From contig OZ024761.1 in assembly GCA_964016885.1 (NCBI GenBank), positions 11,532,001 through 11,596,000 of the forward strand: a stretch of DNA of 64,000 nt, written 5' to 3'. Each line of letters begins with the position of its first letter. Within the stretch, counting starts at the first letter, position 1. The position numbers were made by a program, and so were the translations under genes. Of this stretch, positions 19,801-29,282 are shown piece after piece. The notes beneath the pieces are model-generated. The model searched no databases. It saw only the letters and a list, made by a program, of their open reading frames with translations, and was not told the origin of the DNA. The stretch is from Eledone cirrhosa. Taxonomy: Eukaryota.

Positions 19801-22104
19801 GAGAGAACACATACTGGAGAGAAACCATTCCAATGTAAGGAATGTGGTAAGACATTCTCTGTCTCTGGTAACTTAACAAAACATAAGAGGACACATACTG
19901 GAGAGAAACCTTACCAATGTAAGGAATGTGGTAAGACATTCTCTGTCTCTAGTCACTTAACAACACATGAGAGGACACATACTGGAGAGAAACCATTCAA
20001 ATGTAAGGAATGTGGTAAGACATTCTCTGACTCTGGTACCTTAACAACACATGAGAGGCCACATACTGGAGAAAAACCTTACCAATGTAAGGAATGTGGT
20101 AAAACATTCTCTGTCTCTAGTCACTTAACAACACATGAGAGGACACATACTGGAGAGAAACCATTCCAATGTAAGGAATGTGGTAAGACATTCTCTGACT
20201 CTGGTACCTTAACAACACATAAGAGGACACATACTGGAGAGCAACCTTACCAATGTAAGGAATGTGGTAAGACATTCTCTGTCTCTAGTGCCTTAACAAC
20301 ACATAAGAGAACACATACTGGAGAGAAACCTTACCAATGTAAGGAATGTGGTAAGACATTCTCTGACTCTAGTAACTTAACAACACATGAGAGGACACAT
20401 ACTGGAGAGAAACCATTCCAATGTAAGGAATGTGGTAAGACATTCTCTGACTCTAGTAACTTAACAACACATGAGAGGACACATACTGGAGAGAAACCTT
20501 TCAAATGTAAGGTATGTGGTAAGACATTCTCTATCTCTAGTCACTTAACAACACATGAGAGAACACATACTGGAGAGAAACCTTTCAAATGTAAGGAATG
20601 TGGTAAGACATTCTCTGACTCTAGTCACTTAACAACACATGAGAGAACACATACTGGAGAGAAACCTTACCAATGTAAGGAATGTGGTAAGACATTCTCT
20701 GACTCTAGTGCCTTAACAACACATGAGAGGACACATACTGTAGAGAAACCTTACCAATGTAAGGAATGTGGTAAGACATTCTCTGTCTCTAGTCACTTAA
20801 CAACACATGAGAGGACACATACTGGAGAGAAACCTTACCAATGTAAGGAATGTGGTAAGACATTCTCTGTCTCTAGTACCTTAACAAAACATGAGAGGAC
20901 ACATACTGGAGAGAAACCATTCCAATGTAAGGAATGTGGTAAGACATTCTCTGACTCTAGTGACTTAACAAAACATAAGAGGACACATACTGGAGAGAAA
21001 CCTTTCCAATGTAAGGAATGTGGTAAGACATTCTCTGTCTCTGGTACCTTAACAACACATGAGAGGACACATACTGGAGAGAAACCATTCCAATGTAAGG
21101 AATGTGGTAAGACATTCTCTGACTCTAGTGACTTAACAAAACATAAGAGGACACATACTGGAGAGAAACCTTTCCAATGTAAGGAATGTGGTAAGACATT
21201 CTCTGTCTCTGGTACCTTAACAACACATGAGAGGACACATACTGGAGAGAAACCTTTCCAATGTAAGGAATGTGGTAAGACATTCTCTGTCTCTAGTACC
21301 TTAACAAAACATGAGAGGACACATACTGGAGAGAAACCTTTCCAATGTAAGGAATGTGGTAAGACATTCTCTGTCTCTAGTACCTTAACAACACATGAGA
21401 GGACACATACTGGAGAGAAACCATTCCAATGTAAGGAATGTGGTAAGACATTCTCTGTCTCTGGTACCTTAACAACACATGAGAGGACACATACTGGAGA
21501 GAAACCATTCCAATGTAAGGAATGTGGTAAGACATTCTCTGTCTCTAGTCACTTAACAAAACATAAGAGGACACATACTGGAGAGAAACCTTACCAATGT
21601 AAGGAATGTGGTAAAACATTCTCTGTCGCTAGTCACTTAACAAAACATAAGAGGACACATACTGGAGAGAAACCTTACCAATGTAAGGAATGTGGTAAGA
21701 CATTCTCTGACTCTGGTACCTTAACAACACATGAGAGGACACATACTGGAGAGAAACCTTACCAATGTAAGGAATGTGGTAAGACATTCTCTGTCTCTAG
21801 TGCCTTAACAACACATAAGAGAACACATACTGGAGAGAAACCTTACCAATGTAAGGAATGTGGTAAGACATTCTCTGTCTCTAGTACCTTAACAAAACAT
21901 GAGAGGACACATACTGGAGAGAAACCATTCCAATGTAAGGAATGTGGTAAGACATTCTCTGTCTCTGGTACCTTAACAAAACATAAGAGGACACATACTG
22001 GAGAGAAACCATTCCAATGTAAGGAATGTGGTAAGACATTCTCTGACTCTAGTACCTTAACAAGACATGAGAGGACACATACTTATAAATGTAAGGAATA
22101 TTAA
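7653..22104 (+). CDS. PRDM9: PRDM9-like histone methyltransferase, full length: KRAB-SSXRD-Zn knuckle-PR/SET-39x C2H2; join(7653..7800,9374..9508,9971..10029,12146..12254,14384..14460,15290..15484,17637..17931,18632..22104), 1496 aa
   Basis: All seven introns are GT-AG with compatible phases (1,1,0,1,0,0,1). The spliced length of 4491 nt is an open frame ending in TAA, and the domains match vertebrate PRDM9 motifs in the correct order. Confidence 0.9.
9374..9508 (+). CDS. PRDM9: PRDM9 coding exon 2: KRAB C-terminal part and acidic EW.P motif
   Basis: [45 protein letters not shown], compared with human GLRATRPAFM...DSDEEWTPRQQ; AG/GT flanks, phase 1/1. Confidence 0.88.
9971..10029 (+). CDS. 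PRDM9: PRDM9 coding exon 3 (basic linker)
   Basis: TTGCAG acceptor and GTAAGT donor; reads [20 protein letters not shown]. Its 59 nt are needed to go from phase 1 to phase 0. Confidence 0.75.
10040..10388 (-). mobile_element. tRNA-derived SINE family B, full length
   Basis: Reverse complement of 5683-6190 without the MITE; (CAT)n tail at the left. Confidence 0.85.
10542..11239. mobile_element. hAT (Charlie-like) MITE with internal 31-bp and 47-bp tandem arrays
   Basis: TIRs CAGGCATGTCAAAC...GTTTGGCATGCCTG and a perfect 8-bp TSD TCCTAGAT (10534-10541, 11240-11247). Contains ~8x 31 bp (10568-10820) and 7x 47 bp (10913-11239). Confidence 0.88.
11520..12030 (+). mobile_element. Degraded RTE LINE RT fragment (N-terminal RT motifs)
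   Basis: [44 protein letters not shown] and [11 protein letters not shown] motifs, with stops and frameshifts. Confidence 0.8.
12146..12254 (+). CDS. PRDM9: PRDM9 coding exon 4: SSXRD motif
   Basis: [36 protein letters not shown] resembles the SSXRD Y.LRERK...EP.DDDYL; TCCAG acceptor, GTGAGT donor. Confidence 0.85.
12348..13961 (-). mobile_element. SINE family B split by a nested RTE LINE (SINE halves 13703-13961 and 12348-12428)
   Basis: The SINE consensus CTACAGCTGGAT^GCCCTTCC is interrupted at this point; TGGAT is duplicated at 12424-12428 and 13703-13707. Confidence 0.8.
12429..13702 (-). mobile_element. 5'-truncated young RTE LINE; uninterrupted ORF from LLYADDL to the C-terminus, with internal PHD-type finger
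   Basis: ORF 12732..13730 contains YADD, a C4HC3 finger, [14 protein letters not shown] and GRPKMTW; (GAT)n tail at 12429-12448. Confidence 0.92.
14058..14093 (-). ncRNA. Minimal type I hammerhead ribozyme (Penelope-type)
   Basis: Minus strand reads TCTT-CTGATGA-A-GGAC-TAGC-GTCC-GAAA-CG-TT-AAGA: canonical core, 4-bp stems I and II, palindromic stem III AACGTT. Confidence 0.8.
14384..14460 (+). CDS. PRDM9: PRDM9 coding exon 5: pre-SET zinc knuckle
   Basis: [26 protein letters not shown] (C-x2-C-x7-C-x2-H); AG/GT flanks. Confidence 0.9.
14862..15040 (+). mobile_element. tRNA-derived SINE family A
   Basis: A/B-box-like head GGCGGTGGATTGGCAGTATCGG...GAGTTCAAATCC; near-identical to 25741-25928. 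Confidence 0.85.
15290..15484 (+). CDS. PRDM9: PRDM9 coding exon 6: PR/SET domain N-terminal half
   Basis: [65 protein letters not shown], containing the IP.AGLG, FGPYEG and GYSW motifs. Confidence 0.92.
15545..16768 (+). mobile_element. 5'-truncated RTE LINE, same family as 12429-13702, opposite orientation
   Basis: Starts at [10 protein letters not shown]; high nucleotide similarity to the reverse complement of 12429-13702; several stops; (GAT)n tail. Confidence 0.92.
17238..17337 (+). mobile_element. SINE family A 3' fragment
   Basis: GAGGTTAACTTTGCCTTTCATCCTTACGGGGTCGATAAAATAAAGTACCAG core. Confidence 0.8.
17637..17931 (+). CDS. PRDM9: PRDM9 coding exon 7: PR/SET domain C-terminal half
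   Basis: FIDA.D...[55 protein letters not shown], close to vertebrate PRDM9 [22 protein letters not shown]...ELLVWYGDEY. Confidence 0.95.
18632..22104 (+). CDS. PRDM9: PRDM9 terminal exon: spacer plus 39 tandem C2H2 zinc fingers (84-bp minisatellite)
   Basis: The first Cys codons run from 18826 to 22018 at exact 84-bp spacing (39 units) with TGEKP linkers. Fingers 2, 8 and 9 have C>R at the first ligand. Confidence 0.95.
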
Positions 22105-22469
22105 TTATTTATTATTTTATATAAAAAAAAAAAATGACATTTAATTTCTGTATATTATGATTACCTCACACATGTAAACATACACATGCACGTACTGACA
22201 GATACAGACATACTGATAAATATGGACACATATATATATATATACACATATAGACAAAGAAACATGCAGACAGATACAGATACGCACACATACACCAAGA
22301 AACACACCTACACACAAGCAGGCAGACATACACACACACATATACACAAAGAAATGCACCTACACATGCAGACAGATAAGCATACGCACACACATACATA
22401 TAAACAAACGTAAATATATACATAGTCATATATAAAAATATGCATACATGCCAACACATAAACACTCAC

Positions 22470-23770
22470 ATACCTACACATGTATATATATACAAAGACA
22501 TTTACATACACATGTATATATAGAATGACATTTACATACACATGTATATATAGAATGACATATACATACACATGTATATATAGAATGACATATACACAAA
22601 CACATGTATATATACAAAGACACACACATACATATATATATATATACAAAGACATACAAACGTGTATATATATACAAAGACATACATATACACGTATATG
22701 TATATACAAAGACATGTACATACACAAACACAAACATATATACAGACATATACATACACATATATATACAGATACATACATACACATGTATATATACAAA
22801 GAAACATACATACACATGTATATATACAAAGATACATACACATGTATATATACAAAGAAACATACATACACATGTATATATTCAAAGATACATACATACA
22901 CATGTATATACACAAAGATACATACATACACATGTATATATACAAAGATACATACACATGTATATACACAAAGATACATACATACACATGTATATATACA
23001 CAAAGATACATACATACACATGTATATATACAAAGAAACATACATACACATGTATATATACAAAGATACATACATACACATGTATATATACAAAGAAACA
23101 TACATACACATGTATATATACAAAGATACATACATACACATGTATATATACAAAGATACATACATACACATGTATATATACAAAGATACATACATACACA
23201 TGTATATATACAAAGAAACATACATACACATGTATATATACAAAGAAACATACATACACATGTATATATACAAAGAAACATGTATATATACAAAGATACA
23301 TACATACACATGTATATATACAAAGAAACATACATACACATGTATATATACAAAGATACATATATACACATGTATATACACAAAGATACATACATACACA
23401 TGTATATATACAAAGATACATACATACACGTGTATATATACAAAGAAACACATGCATGTATATATATATAAAGGCACATACATACACATGTATATATACA
23501 AAGATACATACATACACATGTATATATACAAAGATACATATATACAAATGTATATATACAAAGAAACATACATACACATGTATATATACAAAGATACATA
23601 CATACACATGTATATATACAAAGAAACATACATACACATGTATATATACAAAGATACATACATACACGTATATATACAAAGATACATACATACACATGTA
23701 TATATACAAAGATACATACATACACATGCATGTATATATATATAAAGGCACATACATACACATATATATA
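22470..23770. repeat. 30-bp AT/CA-rich minisatellite (TACATACACATGTATATATACAAAGATACA)n
   Basis: Tandem copies clearest at 22780-23720; explains the spurious long ORFs in all frames. Confidence 0.9.
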
Positions 23771-24189
23771 TATCTATATCAAACAATACTCCATGTTATA
23801 TATATTAAATTAAATGATTTAATTGACTGATAATCGTTAAGACAGAAATATTTAATTACTGCTGTATTAATCTCTGTGATTGTCTTATGGACATATATTG
23901 GTAAATATTAAAGTTATTTAATAGATTCTAAGGATACAGCAGTAATTAAATATTCTCGTTGTCTTAATTAAAACATTTGTCAATCAATTAATTAATTTAA
24001 TTTAATTTAAATAATTTAATTTAATTTAAATCCTGGTTATTTCTATTCATATATATGAGTATGACCAAATATTAGTATGGTTTGTTGATTACTCAATGAA
24101 TACAATTTTACAATAGATTAGAAGCACTCAACAGCTGGTTTTCCTGGAGTTTTTAATATTATTCAAAATATTAACAAATGAAAAATATT

Positions 24190-24467
24190 CTCATAATCAA
24201 AATATATACTTTATTATATATATTTCAAAGGTACTGTGTTGTTTTTTTTCCAGTACGTCCTCATCAGACAACATATATGATTTGATATATGACATACCGC
24301 TATGGTCTTGATTATTCAATTCCACTGCCAATACTGGAGTTGAATAATCAAGACCATAGCGGTATGTCATATATAAAATCATATATGTTGTCTGATGAGG
24401 ACGTACTGAAAAAAACAACACAGTACCTTTGAAATATATATAATAAAGTATATATTTTGATTATGAG
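24190..24467. repeat. Fold-back element (~130-bp arms) with a hammerhead motif on each arm
   Basis: The arms are reverse complements. The + arm at 24386-24448 reads TTGT-CTGATGA-GGACGTACTG..CAGTACCTTT-GAAA-TATATA-TA-ATAA. Confidence 0.75.
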
Positions 24468-25740
24468 TATATATATATGTTCTGTGATTAGAGATTTACT
24501 GATTAGATTAAACTCTGAAGTGACTCTTACCTTCATATGGTTGTGTTATCCACTATTATATATATATATATATATAAGCAAAGAGATATTTAATTTGTTG
24601 GTTATTCAACAAATTTATTTATAACAGATTCAAAGCACTCAACAGTATTTTTCTGGAGTATAATATCAATGATATTAATACATGGAAACTATATTTATAA
24701 AACCATATTTATTTTATTATATATATTTCAAGGGTACCAAAATTTTGGTACGCTCTCATCAGATAAAATACAAAAATTGTTTTATATATAGTGACATATC
24801 CAAAAACTAGAACTTATCGTTTTAAGTTCAGTTTGGATAGTGGAAGAAATTTCAAATCTTAGGATGAAATATGTTAATGAGGCTAAACGAACAATTTAAA
24901 AAGATTGTTATATTTAGACGCTAGGTAAATTTAAATAATTATTAGGATTATTTTTATTTTTAAGGGAAGAGGTAGATAATGCTATCTAAATACAAATATA
25001 AAAGAATTTTTATCTTTGAAAATATGTAATATAGGATACCTTATAATAATATATAAAAAAATATCTACATATTTTGTATATATCTTAATTAAAATAATAA
25101 TAATGAAATTATTGTGTAAAGTGCTCAGGTGCACTACAACTCGTCAAAGGTGTATGTATAGTACATAGAATAATACACAAATGTCAGAGAAGTACATGTG
25201 TGTATGTGTTAGCTGTAGTGTTGGCGGATCTCGGAAAGCATGGAGGCCTTAAAGGATGCAGTGTCTCGACAGCTAACAACTGATGCAGGTAGTTTGAATA
25301 TTCTTTTAAAGTAAATTCTAGTATAAACGACAAATGTAACCTATTTTAACTAAGAAATATTGGAGTTATCTTTTCCTTTATAATGTAACATGCTTAAATA
25401 TTTCTTCTAAGTAACAACTAAACTTTACATAAATATTAAATTTTCTGTATAATTTCGTTAACTTACTAAATTTTGTAAATGTCTTCCTATCTTGATTGAA
25501 CTATAGAATATACAAAATAATCTTCTATAATAAAAATAGAACTACTTTCTTTTTTCTTAACTATATATTGAAGATGTAAATATGAAATTCTTCGAAACCC
25601 TTAACATACATAAATATTTAAATTATATATCTAAGAAAAAAACATATATACTCACCAAAATTATTTATATAAATAACCTGTTGTAATATAATAAAGTAAA
25701 TTATACTTACAACCTTAATTCCTCATAAAATATACTTAAG

Positions 25741-25928
25741 GCGGTGGATTGGCAGTATCGGTAGAGGGTCGGACGCCATGCTTTGACGCATAGAGTTACG
25801 GCCCTTGCCATTCTCAGTTCAAATCCCGCCAAGGTTAACTTTGCCTTTCATCCTTACGGGGTCGATAAAATAAAGTACCAGTAATACACTGGGTAATTGC
25901 TTGCCTTGTGCCAAAAGTAGAAACAATT
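25741..25928 (+). mobile_element. tRNA-derived SINE family A, full length
   Basis: Near-identical to 14862-15040. Confidence 0.85.
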
Positions 25929-26437
25929 ATATATATTATAACTCACGATTTGAATAGATCCAATATTTAGTATCTCTCAATTTTTTAAATTGGTATTCCA
26001 CCACTTCGACACATTTATAATTCTCATATTATTTTATAGATACTACCAAAATATATAATTATATAATTAAATAAATAATTATAATTATATCACTCTCTTT
26101 ACACCATCACTGATTTGATCCATACAATTATATTTTAATAATAATAGTGTATTTCCAAATATAATATACTTGTTTTCTTATAATCATTCCTTAAATTTTC
26201 TTTCACCCTAATATTAACATCTCTCTCTTCTTCCCTTAAAAATAAAAAAAATAAAAATAATCCTAATAATTATTTAAATTTACCTAGCGTCTAAATATAA
26301 CAATCTTTTTAAATTGTTCGTTTAGCCTCATTAACATATTTCATCCTAAGATTTGAAATTTCTTCCACTATCCAAACTGAACTTAAAACGATAAGTTCTA
26401 GTTTTTGGATATGTCACTATATATAAAACAATTTTTG

Positions 26438-26498
26438 TATTTTATCTGATGAGAGCGTACCAAAGTTTTGGTACCCTTGAAATATATATAATAAAATA
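26438..26498 (+). ncRNA. Type I hammerhead ribozyme motif
   Basis: 8-bp stem I TATTTTAT/ATAAAATA, CTGATGA, stem II GAGCGTACCAAA/TTTGGTACCCTT, GAAA, palindromic stem III ATATATAT, AUA cleavage triplet. Confidence 0.78.
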
Positions 26499-26539
26499 AA
26501 TATGGTTTTATAAATATAGTTTCCATGTATTAATATCAT

Positions 26540-26576
<37 letters not shown>

Positions 26577-26635
26577 GTTTCTGAATTTGTTTAGCAAGAT
26601 TCTTTATCTGAAAACGTGTGTTGAAACAGATATTA

Positions 26636-27275
26636 TTATACTTTGGGAGGGTCATGTTGCCAATAAGAAACACATGCACCAGTTGCTGCTTTCACTTCAA
26701 TTTATTATAATAAATTTATAAATTTCCGGTTGGTTGGTTGGTTCCACAACCAGATGGTTGTTTATATATTGTCAAAGTTCTTTCGTCACACATTCTGTGA
26801 CCTCTTCAGTGACTGGGGCTTCTTTTCTTTGTTTTTTGTGCTTCTCCATTGTTCTGTCCTACGCCATCTTGTTTCAAGTTATACTTTGGGAGGGTCATGT
26901 TGCCAATAAAAACACACACACACCTGTTGGTTTTCACTTCAATTTATTATAAATTTCCGGTTGGTTGGTTCAATAACCAGATAGTTGTTTATATATTGTC
27001 AAGGCTCTCTCGTCACACATACTGTGACCTCCTCAGTGACTAGGTTTTTATTTTGTGTGTCTCTCCTTTGTTCTGTCCTACACCAGGAGTGACACAGAAT
27101 AAAAACCTAGTCACTGAGGAGGTCACAGAATGTGTGATGAAAGAGCTTTGACAATATATAAACAACCTTCCGGTTATCGAACCAGCCAGCCAACCAGAAA
27201 TTTATAATAAATTGAAGTGAAAACTAACAGGTGCAGGTGTTTTTGTTGGCAACATGACCCTCCCAAAGTATAACA
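26636..27275. mobile_element. Two direct plus one inverted ~200-245-bp repeats, each with a hammerhead (Penelope pseudo-LTR / retrozyme-like)
   Basis: Units at ~26636-26878 and ~26879-27082, inverted unit at ~27090-27273. Hammerheads: 26771-26813 (-, CTGAAGA...GAAA), 26998-27040 (-, GAGA variant) and 27110-27152 (+, CTGAGGA...GAAA), all with stem I GTCA/TGAC. Confidence 0.72.
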
Positions 27276-27276
27276 A

Positions 27277-27382
27277 TATATGTATATATGTATATATATG
27301 TATATATGTATATATATGTATATGTATATATGTATATATATGTATGTATATATATATGTATGTATATATGTATATATATATG

Positions 27383-27414
<32 letters not shown>

Positions 27415-27432
27415 TATATATATGTATATATG
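27277..27432. repeat. (TA)n/(TATG)n microsatellite
   Basis: Direct inspection. Confidence 0.9.
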
Positions 27433-27479
27433 TGCTTATTTATATAACAAAATATCTGATATCAAATATAGATATATAT

Positions 27480-28090
27480 CATAGTTATATAACTTGTATA
27501 TATAATACCAAGTATATATTGTGGTTATATAACAAATATATATATATATATGGGGTATATATTGTGGTTATATAACAAATATGTATATATATATGGGGTA
27601 TATATTGTGGTTATATAACAAATATGTATATATGGGGTATATATTGTGGTGATATAACAAATATGTATATATATATGGGGTATATATTGTGGTTATATAA
27701 CAAATATGTATATATAATATCAAGTATATATTGTGGTTATATAACAAATATATATATATGGGGTATATATTGTGGTTATATAACAAATATGTATATATAA
27801 TATCAAGTATATATTGTGGTTATATAACAAATATATATATATATGGGGTATATATTGTGGTTATATAACAAATATGTATATATATATATTGGGTATATAT
27901 TGTGGTTATATAACAAATATGTATATATATATATATTGGGTATATATTGTGGTTATATAACAAATATGTATATATATTGGGTATATATTGTGGTTATATA
28001 ACAAATATGTATATATATGGGGTATATATTTTGGTTATATCACATGTATGTGTAATATCGAATATATATAGCGTAGTTATATAACAAATG
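27480..28090. repeat. ~40-bp AT-rich minisatellite (GGGTATATATTGTGGTTATATAACAAATATGTATATAT..)
   Basis: About 14 tandem copies with variable (TA)n length. Confidence 0.85.
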
Positions 28091-29192
28091 TATATATAAT
28101 ACAGACCTGCCAACCTCTAAAACCCAAACAGGAAGTACCATGAAAAAAGGGCCCCAAAATGGGGAGATTTTACATAATAAATGCTGTAGCCATTTTCACA
28201 AGAGAAGATATCTTTCATCCACCCCAAAGGCTATTGAAAATCTCCCCATTGGACGGGGAAAGTGTATAGGTCTATATAATATCAAGTGTATATTGTGGTG
28301 ATATCACTAACATATGTTTGATATTTGATATCAATCAGACATTTAATATTTTCCCATAATCAAAATTGCCAAAAAATTTGAAATGCCAAATATTTGAAAT
28401 AAAAATGAGAATAACATGCAAAAAAGAAAATAATTTTAATTAATTAATAAAATGGGTTAAAATTAAATAAATTTTCTTTATAAACAAGATGGAGTTGACT
28501 TTCCTGTTGTTTCTTAATCTTTAGCATGCTAGAAATGTTTATGAATTGCTTCCATTAACACTATATAATACATCAAGGGAAGAATGCCTGCACTCAGTGG
28601 TTTTTAAGTGCTGGCATGACTGCCAGTCAGTAGGTTTTACATCAGTGGCCTCTTAGCCTCTGGCTCAAAAGCCTATCCTGGAGGCATTGGGGGTTTGGAG
28701 TCACAGTGTTCCTTCTCCTAGGCTGGTTGCCAACCAAGGCTGATATGAGCCCAGCCTGTCCATCACTCAGTTATACTGCTGAGTACCCAGTCGCGCCTGC
28801 AGCAAGCTCTGTAGAAACAGGAGGTACCATGGTAAGATGCTACTCGAGACACAGTTGAGAACAAGAGGCCACATGCATGTAGACACATCAGCTCTCACTT
28901 CCACTGGGCAGGAGAGGGTCTGCAATCACATCACTATTCTTAACCCCCTCATATATATGTATGTATATACAATATAGATAACAATCAAATTTTGTTTAGG
29001 CATTTAATTGCTAATGATCGTTTCTTCCAGATATTGGTCTGGAATCATTGGAGCATATAAAATGTTAAAACAAATAAATTCCTAATCATTAGAACAGTCA
29101 GCAGGATATCGGTATTATATATCAGGTAATATACAATATTACCTTTATCTTATTTATAATTCTATATATAAGTATAACTATTATATATATAT

Positions 29193-29282
29193 ATTATAAA
29201 ATAAGAGGAGGCTGGACTGGTGTAATTCCTTAAAAGGTTTTACAAGGAATTACACCAGTCCAACCTCCTGTTATTTTATAAT
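29193..29282. repeat. 90-nt near-perfect hairpin
   Basis: ATTATAAAATAAGAGGAGGCTGGACTGGTGTAATTCCTT pairs with AAGGAATTACACCAGTCCAACCTCCTGTTATTTTATAAT. Confidence 0.8.

Larger units (their letters stand above)
24666..26542. mobile_element. Element bounded by ~305-bp inverted repeats (24666-24970, 26228-26542), each with a hammerhead; probable Penelope-like element remnant
   Basis: Near-identical inverted arms, with hammerheads at 24710-24770 (-) and 26438-26498 (+). Pieces of the same family occur at ~2300-2480 and ~2895-2945. Confidence 0.65.

Noticed and set aside
18690-19939. Minus-strand ORFs over the ZF array
   Set aside because: They are antisense shadows of the 84-bp repeat.
22141-23830. 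Long ORFs of 269-492 aa in several frames
   Set aside because: They are translations of a stop-poor 30-bp minisatellite (Y/I/H/T or C/V/M/Y repeats), open on both strands, with no domain content.
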